NCBI GenBank assembly: GCA_964637295.1
Contig: CAZWWE010000004.1
Span: 26,674-90,673, forward strand
DNA: 64,000 nucleotides
Origin: an uncultured Pseudomonadales bacterium
GTDB lineage: Bacteria; Patescibacteriota; Microgenomatia; UBA1400; PJMF01
Reading direction: 5' to 3'
Shown: in pieces, positions 19,375 through 30,356 of the stretch
Layout: every line of letters begins with the position of its first letter
Numbering within the stretch: the stretch's first letter is position 1
The notes under the pieces: model-generated
Told to the model about the DNA's origin: nothing
What the model saw: only the letters and a program-made list of their open reading frames with translations
Databases searched by the model: none
Program-made: the position numbers and the translations under genes

Positions 19375-21494
19375 TTTGTTTGCGTTTGAGCACTGAGGCT
19401 AGCTTCAATAATTTGCAGTTTTTCTTGAATTAATTGATCTTCTGGGGCTAGATATTGCAAACAATATGAATATTGTTCTTTGGCTTTTTCAAGTTCACCT
19501 CTAGTAAAATACATGCGCGCCAATTCATTTCTGGCGGCCAAATAATTAACTTTAATTTCGACAGCGTATTCCATTTGTGCCAGGGCAGTATCATGTTGGC
19601 CTAGTATTTCTAAAACTAAAGCCAAGTTGTAATACAATTTGGCGTCGCTTGGAGCTAACTCGATTGCTTGACGAAGTACTTGTTCAGCAGAGGTATAAAG
19701 ATTTGGATCCAGTTGGCCTAATAAAATATAAATGCGTGCCTGACTTTTGTAAAAATTGAGATGCACGGGGTTGAGTTGCAGAGCATATTGGCCACTTTCA
19801 ATGGCTTTTTGAGCCAATTGTGCACTGTAAGTGCTTTGTTGATTTTTAGCAAAAGCAATACTTAACTTGGCATAATCTCCAGCTAATTCTTCATAAAATA
19901 AAGCTTCATGAGGAGCTTTTTGGATTGCTGTTTGGATTAAAGGTAGTCCAGTTTGCCAATCACCCACAGCAAAGGCGTTTTTGCCTTTAGTAAATAAATG
20001 ATCGGCTTGCCAAATTAGCCAAATTTTGGACAGCACTAATATAGCTATGATTAAAATTAAAGCAGACAAAAAATACTCTTTATTTGTTAAATTAATTGTT
20101 TTTTCAATCTTTTTATTTTCAGAAAAATTATCTAACTCGGTACTTGTTAAATGCAAAATGATCATGGCCAAGAAGCCAAAAAGTAAAAGATTACTTACTA
20201 CCGTAGAAAAACCAAAAAAATTGGCCACAAACATAGCCAACAAACCTGCCAACAAAGCCAAGATTTGACGTCTTTGCTTTTGCTGCCAAGAGTTTTTGAT
20301 CCCGACATAAAACACACTCCCAAAAATGCCGAGATAGCTCAATAAGCCAAAAATACCTGAATTGGCTAATAAATTTAGTAATTCATTGTGAGCCTTGTTA
20401 TATAAAAAATCCCATTCTGACACTAAATTATGAGTCAAAGGTCGATCTAAGTAGTAACTATAGGCAAAAGTTTCCACACCAGAGCCAAAAAGAGGATATC
20501 TTTGCCAAATTTTAATTGCTCCTTGCCAAACAATTTTTCTAATTTCTTCTGAAGGTGTACCGCCATTTTGATTTTGCCAATCAATGTTGGTTTGCATGAA
20601 CTTGGGTGTTAAAAGATTTAATCTAGTAGCTACCAATAAATAAATTATGACAATCACACTCACTAGGAAGCTGACAACGCCCAGCCACTTGAAGATTTTT
20701 TTTGTCAAAGAGGGTGTTTTCAACACGGTGATGAATAGTCCGTAAAAAACAAGCCCTAAGCCGAGGCCTATAAATCCCGATCGAGATTTAGTGTAAAACA
20801 AAGCGAGAAAACTAGTTAGCAAAGCAAATAGCAAGTACCAACGGCTCGATTTTTTTCTGGCTTCTAATAATTGATTTAGATTGAGTGGTATTAAGCTGAT
20901 GAGAAAAACTGCTAGCCAGTTTGGTTGGCCAAAAGTAGCAAAAACACGGTAGCGAGGATTATTGTTTTCTGACCAGCATTCGCTGTCAAACTTTTGCGTA
21001 ATTAGCCAGCAACTTGGAGAATGATTGAAGTGTTCAGGAATGGCATAGAGACTAACCAATAAACTGGATAGGATCAAGCTGCTGAAAATAATAGTTAATT
21101 GTTTGGGTTTAAGATTGGCAATCAATGCATAAAACAAGCTAATATAAGTTAGAGTAGATAAGAGACCTCCGTTAAATCGAGTGTAATAGCCAAACCAGGA
21201 AGTTCTTAAGTGCATGGAAAAGATGGTGGCCATAATTTGAGAAAGTAAAAATGCGAGCAAAAAATAGTCCAAGGGAGTGCGTTTGAAGATGAATTTTTGT
21301 TCTACCACCATTCTTAGCGCCCATAGCCCGAGCAGCAAAGTGGTTGCGACATAAACAAACAACATTTTGCTAAATTCGAACAACTCTTGATTAGCCCAGG
21401 TAAAAATGAAAGGTGTGAGAAAAAAAAGCAAATTAAAAATGACGAAAATTGACCTGTCTAAACCAGTGGCTAATTTTTGGCGATTAACTTGCAT
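19371..21494 (-). CDS. O-antigen ligase-like membrane protein with TPR tail
   Basis: Multi-TM; FGQPNW, TKSRSG, GSGVETF, KAHNE; C-terminal TPRs. Confidence 0.88.
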   Translation of the reverse strand: MQVNRQKLATGLDRSIFVIFNLLFFLTPFIFTWANQELFEFSKMLFVYVATTLLLGLWALRMVVEQKFIFKRTPLDYFLLAFLLSQIMATIFSMHLRTSWFGYYTRFNGGLLSTLTYISLFYALIANLKPKQLTIIFSSLILSSLLVSLYAIPEHFNHSPSCWLITQKFDSECWSENNNPRYRVFATFGQPNWLAVFLISLIPLNLNQLLEARKKSSRWYLLFALLTSFLALFYTKSRSGFIGLGLGLVFYGLFITVLKTPSLTKKIFKWLGVVSFLVSVIVIIYLLVATRLNLLTPKFMQTNIDWQNQNGGTPSEEIRKIVWQGAIKIWQRYPLFGSGVETFAYSYYLDRPLTHNLVSEWDFLYNKAHNELLNLLANSGIFGLLSYLGIFGSVFYVGIKNSWQQKQRRQILALLAGLLAMFVANFFGFSTVVSNLLLFGFLAMIILHLTSTELDNFSENKKIEKTINLTNKEYFLSALILIIAILVLSKIWLIWQADHLFTKGKNAFAVGDWQTGLPLIQTAIQKAPHEALFYEELAGDYAKLSIAFAKNQQSTYSAQLAQKAIESGQYALQLNPVHLNFYKSQARIYILLGQLDPNLYTSAEQVLRQAIELAPSDAKLYYNLALVLEILGQHDTALAQMEYAVEIKVNYLAARNELARMYFTRGELEKAKEQYSYCLQYLAPEDQLIQEKLQIIEASLSAQTQTK

Positions 21495-21552
21495 AAATGA
21501 ATGTGTTAAATTGAGATTGTACAATATTTTATGTAATAAATGGAACCTGCCT

Positions 21553-22578
21553 ATGATCCAAATTCAAGACGATAATTTCAACCAAAGTACTTTAGGAGGA
21601 CAAACGAATTCAACTACGCCAACGAATTTAACAAGCCAAGTGAATTCGTCACCAATTACTCCAAAGCAAGATAATAAACAATCGGAAATCGATAATTTAT
21701 TGGCTGAAATTGAACGTTTAAGCAAAAATTTAGAGCAAAAAAGGGGCGGCAATGAAAATGAAACAGATTCTAAGAAAGATTTTGCCCCAAACAACTTGCT
21801 TCCAAATGCCTCACAGCCAGTTGGTCAAGTAAGCAGTCAATCAGTTTCGTCTGCGGCTTCCAATACTTCAGCAGATGAGAAATTTGATTTTGATGCTTTT
21901 TTACATGATTTAGAGAATAAAATTGATCAGGTCAAAGCAAATGAATCAACAACTGAAGCTGCTCACACCACCTCTCCAGTCAATTCTAATCAATCAAGTA
22001 ATAATCTGACCAGTGCTGCAAACGGAGTGGAAGAAACTGATTTTAGAAAAGCTCGATTGGCCAGTGATCTAAATTCTGCTGACAGCAATCATAATGTTGC
22101 TGAGCCAATTGCAACTCCAGAGCAGACTAATCAACAGCAAACAGAGAACAGTGAGGATTTAAAAGCTCAAAATATTTTTGAAATGCTAGGTCTCATGAGC
22201 ATTTCTGACGCCGAAAAAAATCAATTTTTAGATGAACTTGAAGAAGTGATTTGGGATGATTTTGTGGCTCATGATCTTGAGCTTTTATTGACGAGCGAAG
22301 AATTTGCTGAAGCAAGAAAAATTTTAGACAATTCAGCTAAGAGTGAGATGCAGCGTAAAGAAGACCTGATTGATTATTTAGACAAACTTTTACCCAACTT
22401 AGATGAACTGCTATACGACAAAGCTTTGGAACTAAAATCAGAAATGATGGGTGAGCGCCTAAGCAAAATGAAGGCTGACGCTGATCCCATGCTTTTAGCT
22501 AAAATTAAAGAGGCAGAGTCTCTGATTAGCCAAAATCGCTGGCACAGTGCAATCCTCTTACTCAATCAGCAGAGCTAA
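21553..22578 (+). CDS. Hypothetical protein, low-complexity N-terminus and helical C-terminal domain
   Basis: Long ORF; ATG 21553 avoids overlap with the divergent gene. Confidence 0.75.
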   Translation: MIQIQDDNFNQSTLGGQTNSTTPTNLTSQVNSSPITPKQDNKQSEIDNLLAEIERLSKNLEQKRGGNENETDSKKDFAPNNLLPNASQPVGQVSSQSVSSAASNTSADEKFDFDAFLHDLENKIDQVKANESTTEAAHTTSPVNSNQSSNNLTSAANGVEETDFRKARLASDLNSADSNHNVAEPIATPEQTNQQQTENSEDLKAQNIFEMLGLMSISDAEKNQFLDELEEVIWDDFVAHDLELLLTSEEFAEARKILDNSAKSEMQRKEDLIDYLDKLLPNLDELLYDKALELKSEMMGERLSKMKADADPMLLAKIKEAESLISQNRWHSAILLLNQQS

Positions 22579-22597
22579 TGTAGTAAACTATTCTTTA

Positions 22598-23266
22598 ATG
22601 CAGCCATTATCAGTTTTGTCACGCTTGGGCGTTTTTAGCTACAAACACCTGTTGTTAATCGATTTGCACAGTGCGGGCATGAGTTTTTATTTAGCCAAAG
22701 ATGTCAAGGAATTAAGTGCCATAGATTTTGCTCATTTAACTTTGCTAAAATCTCTCTCTTGCCAGAATTTATGTCAAAGAAATTTATTGGCCAACCTTAA
22801 ACACTGCCAAGAAAGCTTACAATCACAATTACAAGCTTTTGACTTAAAGCAATATGCCTTGATTTTTTTAATCTCTCCAAATCATAGTGTTTTAGAAAAA
22901 AAAGCTCTTTTATCTTTGACGCCTATATTTAAAACGGTAACTTTAATTGAACGCCATTATTTTTATAACTTCTATTTAATGCAAAAGAGAAATTTTTCCA
23001 AAATAAAATTTCTAATTAACATGTTCGACGATTGTGCAGAGCTAAGCTTGTTTGATCAAGATCAGCTTTTGGCTCATCAAAATACAGCCTTGCATAATTT
23101 TGTCATGCAAAGTCAAGATTTTTTTACTTCTCAGCAAAAGCAGCTAGCTTTCGCTAGACCAGATTGCTTTTATTTTTTTACCAACAACGTTACTCATCCA
23201 GTTGAAAACGCTGATCTGGTCAAAGCTTTGCAACTAGAGGCCATTGAAATAGACCAATTATGTTAA
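22598..23266 (+). CDS. Degenerate MreB-like protein
   Basis: First gene of mreC-mreD-pbp2; LLIDLHS and FLINMFDDCAELSL echo actin phosphate loops. Confidence 0.5.
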   Translation: MQPLSVLSRLGVFSYKHLLLIDLHSAGMSFYLAKDVKELSAIDFAHLTLLKSLSCQNLCQRNLLANLKHCQESLQSQLQAFDLKQYALIFLISPNHSVLEKKALLSLTPIFKTVTLIERHYFYNFYLMQKRNFSKIKFLINMFDDCAELSLFDQDQLLAHQNTALHNFVMQSQDFFTSQQKQLAFARPDCFYFFTNNVTHPVENADLVKALQLEAIEIDQLC

Positions 23267-24021
23267 ACAAGACTCATCAAGCAGAGCTAATTGCTTTATT
23301 AATCATCTTTATCTTGTTTTTCTTGCAATTCTTAAATCTCTTGAAACTGGATTGGGCTGTCAATCTAGCTAATAGTTGGAAAGTTAAAAACTATCAGTTT
23401 TTACAAATGTTTAATCGACCCTTACAGCGCATGGTTTCAATGTGGAAATTAACGGCTAGATTGGAAGATTTGCAATATCGATATAGTGAAGCGGCAGCTA
23501 GAGTAGCAAAAATTCAAGTTTTGGAGGCAGAAAATCAAGAATTGCGCAAACTTTTAGAAAACAGCGATCGTTCTTATCAAAAGGTGATCGTAACTGCGCC
23601 AGTGATTTCTTTTGCACAGAGCTTTGTGCAAGCTGGGGCTCAAGCAGGCGTTAAGCTTGGTTCAGCTGTTTTATATAAAGATACATTATTAGGTTTAGTG
23701 GATCAGGTAGAAGAAAAACAATCTAGCGTTTTACTTTTGTCTAAACTGAACGACTCTTATTTATTAGCAGAAACTGAAAACGGGGTAAAAGGCATCATTA
23801 AGGGCAATGGCAAAGAAGTTTTGTTTACCGAATTAAAACAAGATGATCCCATTAGTCTTGGGCAATTGGTTTTTACTGCTTCACAGGTTAGCATTGAAAA
23901 AGGTTTATTGATTGGTAGGGTGGCCCACATTGTTGAAGAAAATCCAGCTCTAGCAGTTAAAACAGCGGTGATCGAACAATTGGTTGATTTTTATGAAGCA
24001 AGTTTAGTGGAAATTAGGTAA
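23260..24021 (+). CDS. mreC: Rod shape-determining protein MreC
   Basis: TM, LEAENQELRKLL coiled coil, GLLIGRV. Confidence 0.88.
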   Translation: MLNKTHQAELIALLIIFILFFLQFLNLLKLDWAVNLANSWKVKNYQFLQMFNRPLQRMVSMWKLTARLEDLQYRYSEAAARVAKIQVLEAENQELRKLLENSDRSYQKVIVTAPVISFAQSFVQAGAQAGVKLGSAVLYKDTLLGLVDQVEEKQSSVLLLSKLNDSYLLAETENGVKGIIKGNGKEVLFTELKQDDPISLGQLVFTASQVSIEKGLLIGRVAHIVEENPALAVKTAVIEQLVDFYEASLVEIR

Positions 24022-24023
24022 AG

Positions 24024-24410
24024 ATGATTATATATTTAACTTTTTTATTATTGGTACTGAGCATCGAAGCAACTCTAGGTTTGCCCATTTTTTTTATTTA
24101 TTGGTCTTGGCGATTGTCTGTTCGTTATCAAAAACCGCAACAAATCTTTGCCTTATTTTTAATTAGTTTATTAATTGCTCTTTTTTACGCTTTATCTTGG
24201 CCTTTATTAGCTTTAATTTTACTTATTTTATATTTTTTTTGGCAAAAAATTCCGACTACTTATTGGTTAACTAAATTCATCTTGGTTTTGCTTTTCTTTT
24301 TTGCGTTTTTTTTCTTGGCGCACTTACATTTTACTTATTTTTATTTGCTCCATTTTTTGATTTTTTGTTTATATTTTTACCGAAATAATTTTAGGCATTA
24401 TGCGAGCTAA
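24024..24410 (+). CDS. MreD-like membrane protein
   Basis: Highly hydrophobic; lies between mreC and pbp2. Confidence 0.6.
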   Translation: MIIYLTFLLLVLSIEATLGLPIFFIYWSWRLSVRYQKPQQIFALFLISLLIALFYALSWPLLALILLILYFFWQKIPTTYWLTKFILVLLFFFAFFFLAHLHFTYFYLLHFLIFCLYFYRNNFRHYAS

Positions 24411-26202
24411 ATTTATCATTCTATTGGGATTTTTTGTAGCTTCTTTTAGCTTGCTATTAGCGCGTTTGATTGATGTTGCTCTAGTTCAGGGTCAGCATTT
24501 TTTCAATTTAGCAGAAGACAATCGTTATTTTATTAAAAAAAATCCTGCTGAAAGAGGTATTTTTTTAGATCGTTATCATCAAGCTTTGGTAAAAAATGAA
24601 AGACAATATTTTCGCCACCTGCAAGAAGACAGGCTTTATTCTGATAAAATTTTTCTCACTAGAGATGAAGCCTTGAGTTTTTTAGCCAGTGAGAGTGCCA
24701 ATTTGGGCTATGAACTCAGTCGAGTTTATCCTTATCGAGAGGCCTTAAGTTCAGTTTTGGGTTATTTATCTCCAGTGAGTGAAGAAGATCTGCAGGCAAA
24801 TGCTCAATTATCTTTAAATTCGAGAGTGGGCAGCATGGGCTTGGAACAATTTTTTGATCATCAATTACAGGCTCAAGCCTCTTCACTCAAGTTCGAAACC
24901 AATGCTCTTGGTCAAAAACAACGTCTGGTTGCAGAAAAGCCGGCAGTTTATGGGCAAAATATAGAAACTGCTTTAGATCCTTACTTAAGTCAAGTAGCTT
25001 ATCAGGCTATGGCTGGCAAAAAAGGAGCAGTAATCATTATGGATGCTAGTAACGGTGAGTTGTTGGCTTTAGTTAATAGTCCTAGCTTTGACGCCAATCT
25101 CTTTGAAGAACATTATCTTAATAATTTATATCATCGAGATCGTCAATCGAGTTTGTCTAAAATTACTCAATATCTGCAAGACGAGCGGCAGGTATTTTTT
25201 AACCGCAGTCTCAGTGGAACTTATCCTCCTGGATCAGTTTTTAAACTGATCACCGCTTTAGCTGCTTTAGAAGAGGGGGTGATTGATGAAAAAAGTGTAG
25301 TAGATGATCAAGGAACTTTGAAAGTGGGAGATTATGCTTATGCCAACTGGTATTTTACTCAATATGGTCGAGTAGAAGGTAGCGTCAATGTACAAAAAGC
25401 TTTGGCACGCAGTAATGATATTTTTTTCTACAAGGCCGCGGAGTGGCTAGGACCAAGCAAACTGGCTGAATATGCCCGACTTTTTGGTTTGGGCAGTCCG
25501 ACTGGAGTGCAAAGTCTGCAAGAAGCTAGTGGTTTAGTGCCAGATCCCGTTTGGAAAGAAAATCAAAAAGGCGAAACTTGGTATTTGGGTAATACTTATC
25601 ATTTTGGGATTGGTCAAGGAGATTTGCTGGTCACACCTCTGCAAGTAGCCAATTTTACCCAAGCCATTGCCAATCGTGGAGTTTTTTGTCCTAGTTCGCT
25701 TTTACCGATTACTCAACAGAATTGTCGAGATCTATTGCTTGAACAAAAAAATTTAGATTTGGTGTTAAGGGGCATGTTAGATGCTTGTAGCACCGGTGGC
25801 ACTGCTTATCCTTTGTTTGCTTACAATCAAAACATAGCAGCAGCTCTTGCCAAAGAAAATGCTGAGCTTGGTGCAGAAGAAAAAATTTCGCGAGGCATGA
25901 TTGCTTGTAAAACTGGGACAGCAGAATTTGGAGCAGCTGACGTGCGTGGTTATCGACAAACTCATGCCTGGATTACTGCCATTGTTGGAATGGATCCAAG
26001 TCAATGGTCGACCAGCGAACTTGAAACCGCAACTGATCCACAGCGAGTTGCCTGGCTTAATTTGCTTAAAGCCCATGGTTTTCCCAAAAAACTAGTGATA
26101 ACTGTTTTGGTTGAAAGTGATAGCGATAAAATTTATTCTGAAGGCTCACAAGATGCCGCTCCAGTAGTGGCGCAAATTTTAACTTGGATTAGAGGAGTTT
26201 AG
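24400..26202 (+). CDS. mrdA: Penicillin-binding protein 2
   Basis: PGSVFK, SND, KTGTAE. Confidence 0.92.
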   Translation: MRAKFIILLGFFVASFSLLLARLIDVALVQGQHFFNLAEDNRYFIKKNPAERGIFLDRYHQALVKNERQYFRHLQEDRLYSDKIFLTRDEALSFLASESANLGYELSRVYPYREALSSVLGYLSPVSEEDLQANAQLSLNSRVGSMGLEQFFDHQLQAQASSLKFETNALGQKQRLVAEKPAVYGQNIETALDPYLSQVAYQAMAGKKGAVIIMDASNGELLALVNSPSFDANLFEEHYLNNLYHRDRQSSLSKITQYLQDERQVFFNRSLSGTYPPGSVFKLITALAALEEGVIDEKSVVDDQGTLKVGDYAYANWYFTQYGRVEGSVNVQKALARSNDIFFYKAAEWLGPSKLAEYARLFGLGSPTGVQSLQEASGLVPDPVWKENQKGETWYLGNTYHFGIGQGDLLVTPLQVANFTQAIANRGVFCPSSLLPITQQNCRDLLLEQKNLDLVLRGMLDACSTGGTAYPLFAYNQNIAAALAKENAELGAEEKISRGMIACKTGTAEFGAADVRGYRQTHAWITAIVGMDPSQWSTSELETATDPQRVAWLNLLKAHGFPKKLVITVLVESDSDKIYSEGSQDAAPVVAQILTWIRGV

Positions 26203-26250
26203 TTTCAGTCACACTTGCTGTAATTTTGTTTTGGCATACTTAGTAAATAG

Positions 26251-27414
26251 ATGTTTCAAACTCAATCATCTCAAGCAATTTTAGAACACAAAGCTTTTTT
26301 AATTGCTTTATTATCCTTATCTGGAGTGGGGGCCAAAACAGTTTTGAGAATTTTAGATGTTTGCCGCCAAAAGCAACTGAGCGAAGCAGAGTTTTGGGTT
26401 AATCGTTATCATATTTGGCAGGAAATGCTCTTAAAAGAAAAAACGATTGAGTCAATTAAAAAGTTCAAAAAAGAACATAATTTATTAGACAATTTATTAA
26501 ATATAGAAAATTCGGGTATTCAGGTGCTTACTTTCGAAGAAGCAGCTTATCCGCGCCTCTTAGCAAACATTGAAGATTTCCCAGTGGCTTTATTTATTAA
26601 GAGTCAAGTTAAAGTAGGTAGCCAAATTTGGCAGCAAATGTTTGAGAGCACATTGTCCGTGGTGGGAACAAGAAGAATGACAACCTATGGACGCCTAGCG
26701 ATCAATCGTCTCATACCTGACTTGGTGAGAGCAGGGCAAACAATTGTTTCTGGTTTTATGTACGGCGTAGATTTATTTGCTGCACAGGTCGCACTTGCGA
26801 GTCAAGGCAAAACGATTGCAGTCTTGGGCTATGGTTTAGATCATTGTTTTCCTCTTAGTCAGCAAAAAATGATGCAACAATTTTTAGAGCAAAAAGCAAT
26901 TTTTTTATCAGAATTTGTGCCACAAACGCCACCTCGGGCTGCCAATTTCGTTACTCGCAATCGCATCGTTGCTGCTTTATCTAAGGCGACTCTAATTATA
27001 GAAGCTGCTGTCAGAAGTGGTTCTCACATTACCGCTAGTTATGCCGCTGATTATGGACGCTTGGTCTTAGCCGTACCTGGTCCGATCACTAATCCGTTCA
27101 GCGAAGGCACTAAGGCACTTGTCAATCAAGGGGCGATTTTAGTCAATAATGCTCAAGATGTTTTGCAAGAAATTAGCACAGATTATCATTGGCAAAATCA
27201 AATCACTGCTGAAAAGTCAGTAAAAACCAATCAACTAAGCAATGCCAATACCCAATTATTATTGGATCAGCTAGGAGTATATCCAGATTTAAGTTTTGAA
27301 GCTTTGCAACAAAGCACCAAGCTTGATCCTGCGCAATTAAATCAATTGCTTTTTGAATTAGAATTACAAGGTAAAATTATCAAAAAATGGGGCAAGTATT
27401 GCTTAATAAGCTAA
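26251..27414 (+). CDS. dprA: DNA-processing protein DprA
   Basis: VVGTR, VSGFMYGVD, RNRIVAALS, AVPGPI. Confidence 0.95.
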   Translation: MFQTQSSQAILEHKAFLIALLSLSGVGAKTVLRILDVCRQKQLSEAEFWVNRYHIWQEMLLKEKTIESIKKFKKEHNLLDNLLNIENSGIQVLTFEEAAYPRLLANIEDFPVALFIKSQVKVGSQIWQQMFESTLSVVGTRRMTTYGRLAINRLIPDLVRAGQTIVSGFMYGVDLFAAQVALASQGKTIAVLGYGLDHCFPLSQQKMMQQFLEQKAIFLSEFVPQTPPRAANFVTRNRIVAALSKATLIIEAAVRSGSHITASYAADYGRLVLAVPGPITNPFSEGTKALVNQGAILVNNAQDVLQEISTDYHWQNQITAEKSVKTNQLSNANTQLLLDQLGVYPDLSFEALQQSTKLDPAQLNQLLFELELQGKIIKKWGKYCLIS

Positions 27415-27466
27415 AATAGCTTTAGAATGGGCAGCAGCTTGTACGTTTTTTGAAAGAAAGTAATTT

Positions 27467-29752
27467 ATGGATTTGATCATCGTTGAATCACCTACTAAGG
27501 CCAGAAAACTTAAGGATTATTTGGGCAATAAATACCTGATTGAAGCCTCTGTGGGTCACGTGAGAGACCTGCCGAAGAAAACTTTGGGTATTGATTTAGA
27601 AAATCAATACCAACCCGTTTACGAAATCAGTGCTGACAAGAAAAAAGTGGTGGCGAACTTAAAAAAACTGGCCAAAATGGCCGACAAAATTTATTTAGCC
27701 ACTGACCCTGATCGTGAGGGTGAAGCGATTGCTTGGCACATTCAATTTTTGCTTCAAGATGCCAAAAATAAGAATCATTTTTTTAGATCCACTTTTCATG
27801 AAATTACTCAAGAAGCTGTCAAAAAAGCCATTGATCAACCAGGTAAATTAGACTTAAATTTGGTTGATGCTCAGCAGGCGCGTCGTGTTCTAGATCGTTT
27901 AGTAGGCTATCAAGTTTCACCTGTCTTATGGAAAAAAATTCGTCGTGGTTTGTCTGCCGGTCGTGTGCAATCAGTCGCATTACGCTTAATTGTTGAGCGT
28001 GAAAAAGAAATTGCTGCTTTCAAACCAGAAGAATATTGGGAATTATCAGTCGCTTTAGCCAAAGAAAATTTAGTTAAGCCACAGGCAATTTTTGATCAGG
28101 ATGGCAAAGTCAAAAATCAATTAGATAAAAACATTTTTATTGCTAGCCTAGATAAGATTAATGAGCAAAAAGCCAAAATTGATCAAGCATCGCAAGCGCA
28201 ATCAATTGCTCAGGATTTATTAAATGCTACTTATTTAGTAGACAAGGTCGAAAAAATGGAGCGCAATCGTCAGAGTTTACCTCCTTTTACAACCTCTTTG
28301 TTACAGCAGGCTGCGGCCACGAGTTTTGGTTTTTCAGTGAAACAAACCATGAGTTTGGCGCAAAGGCTTTATGAAGAAGGTTTGATCACTTATCATCGCA
28401 CTGATTCTTTTAACTTAGCTAGCGGGGCGGTGGAAAAAGCTCGTGCTTACATTACTGAACATTTTGGCAAAAATTATTTACCAGCTAAAGCTAGATTTTT
28501 TGCCAAAAAATCTAAAAATGCTCAGGAAGCTCACGAAGCGATTCGCGTGACTGATTTGTCAATTGATTTACATAATATTCAGAAAAAAATTGGTTCACTA
28601 ACGGACCAACACATCAAGCTTTATGACTTGGTTTGGCGCAGATTTTTGGCTTCACAAATGACAGCAACCATTTATGACCAAACCACTATTTTAGTTGAAG
28701 CTCTTGCCAAAGAAAATAAAAACAAATATCTGTTGCGCAGCACTGGTTCAGTACTTAAATTTGATGGTTGGCGTCGTTTATTTTCCATTGCCGAAGATCA
28801 AGTGTTACCAGAAGTTGAGGAAAAGGATCGCTTAAGTTATCTAGATTTAGCTTCTTTGCAGAAATTTACTCAGGCTCCGCCTAGATACAATGATGCTTCT
28901 TTGGTCAAAGAACTAGAAAAAAGAGGTATTGGCCGACCAAGTACCTATGCCTCGATCATCTCCGTGATTGTTGATCGAGCCTACGTAGAGCGTAATCAGA
29001 AAAAATTTTTTGCCACTCCGATTGGCATGACCGTTTGTGATTTTTTAACTGCTCATTTTGACAACTTTATGGACTATGATTTCACCGCTTCTATGGAAGA
29101 AGATTTAGACTTGATTGCTTTAGGTGAAAAAAATTGGGTTAAAATTATTGATTCTTTTTATCAGCCTTTGGCCAAAAAAATTGCAGCAGTGACCAAAGAA
29201 GCAGATCGAGTCCAAGTGCCTGTCGAGAAAACTGGTGAGAAGTGTCCAGAATGTGGTAAGGGGGAAGTGGTGATTCGCACTGGTCGCTTTGGCAAATTTA
29301 TGAGTTGTAGTCTCTTTCCGGAGTGCAAATATACCAAAAATATTGTGGAAACCTTGCCAGATCAACACTGTCCACTCTGTGGCGAAGGGGAAATAGTGGT
29401 TAAAAATACTAGATGGGGCAAGCCATTTTATGGTTGTTCTTTTTATCCTAAGTGTGATTTCGCTTCTTGGAAAAAACCTGAACCGGGGTATAAATTGACT
29501 CAAGCAGAGTGGGCAGAAATTAAGCAAAAACGAGAAGAATGGAAAGCGCGGATGAATAAAAACAAAAAACCTCTTGCTCAAAAAGCTTCTGTCAAAAAAG
29601 CCAGTGCTGCTAAAAAAACTAACCTTGCTCAAAAAAGCTCGTCTGCCAAGCGAAGAACAAAAACCAAAACAAAAACAACAAACATGGTAAAAACAGCAGT
29701 TAAGGCGAAAACTAGCAAGACTACAAAAACTAAGCTTTCGGTAAAAAAATGA
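27467..29752 (+). CDS. topA: DNA topoisomerase I
   Basis: IVESPTKA, DPDREGE, SAGRVQ, ITYHRTD, Zn ribbons, Lys-rich tail. Confidence 0.98.
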   Translation: MDLIIVESPTKARKLKDYLGNKYLIEASVGHVRDLPKKTLGIDLENQYQPVYEISADKKKVVANLKKLAKMADKIYLATDPDREGEAIAWHIQFLLQDAKNKNHFFRSTFHEITQEAVKKAIDQPGKLDLNLVDAQQARRVLDRLVGYQVSPVLWKKIRRGLSAGRVQSVALRLIVEREKEIAAFKPEEYWELSVALAKENLVKPQAIFDQDGKVKNQLDKNIFIASLDKINEQKAKIDQASQAQSIAQDLLNATYLVDKVEKMERNRQSLPPFTTSLLQQAAATSFGFSVKQTMSLAQRLYEEGLITYHRTDSFNLASGAVEKARAYITEHFGKNYLPAKARFFAKKSKNAQEAHEAIRVTDLSIDLHNIQKKIGSLTDQHIKLYDLVWRRFLASQMTATIYDQTTILVEALAKENKNKYLLRSTGSVLKFDGWRRLFSIAEDQVLPEVEEKDRLSYLDLASLQKFTQAPPRYNDASLVKELEKRGIGRPSTYASIISVIVDRAYVERNQKKFFATPIGMTVCDFLTAHFDNFMDYDFTASMEEDLDLIALGEKNWVKIIDSFYQPLAKKIAAVTKEADRVQVPVEKTGEKCPECGKGEVVIRTGRFGKFMSCSLFPECKYTKNIVETLPDQHCPLCGEGEIVVKNTRWGKPFYGCSFYPKCDFASWKKPEPGYKLTQAEWAEIKQKREEWKARMNKNKKPLAQKASVKKASAAKKTNLAQKSSSAKRRTKTKTKTTNMVKTAVKAKTSKTTKTKLSVKK

Positions 29753-30348
29753 AAATTCTTCTTTTTGGTGGCACTTTTAATCCACCACATTTGGGTCACC
29801 AGCTGATGGCAGAACAGGCTTTGAGTCAAGCTCTGGCCGGCAATGTTTTTGATCAATTATGGCTTTTGCCAGTTGGCCAGCATAGTTTTGCCAAACAGTT
29901 TGTGAGCCAGCAAGATCGTGTAGCGATGCTCAGTTTAATGATTGCCAGTATTGTTCAAAAAAATCCTCTTCTTAAAAATAAAATTTTTATCGAAAAATAC
30001 GAACTAGAAAGAGACGAGGAAAGCCAAACTTTTACCACCTTAGAAGCGCTTGCCAGGCAATATCCACAACATCAATTTTCTTTTTTAATTGGTGCAGATA
30101 ATTTAGCCAAATTTCATCTTTGGCATGACTATCAATTAATGCTGTCTCGATATCCTTTTTACGTTTACCCAAGAACAGACTACGCTTTTCAGCCTCTTTA
30201 TCAAGGCATGATTGTTTTGGAAGGCTTTCCTGAAATGCAAGTTTCATCTACGCAGGTTAGGGCAGCTTTGACAAATCGAAACAATTTAGATAATTTATTA
30301 GATGCTCAAGTAATTGCATATATTAAAGAAAAAAAATTGTTTGTTTAG
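29749..30348 (+). CDS. nadD: Nicotinate-nucleotide adenylyltransferase
   Basis: GGTFNPPHLGH, IGADN, SSTQVR. Confidence 0.93.
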   Translation: MKILLFGGTFNPPHLGHQLMAEQALSQALAGNVFDQLWLLPVGQHSFAKQFVSQQDRVAMLSLMIASIVQKNPLLKNKIFIEKYELERDEESQTFTTLEALARQYPQHQFSFLIGADNLAKFHLWHDYQLMLSRYPFYVYPRTDYAFQPLYQGMIVLEGFPEMQVSSTQVRAALTNRNNLDNLLDAQVIAYIKEKKLFV

Positions 30349-30356
30349 AAAGCACT

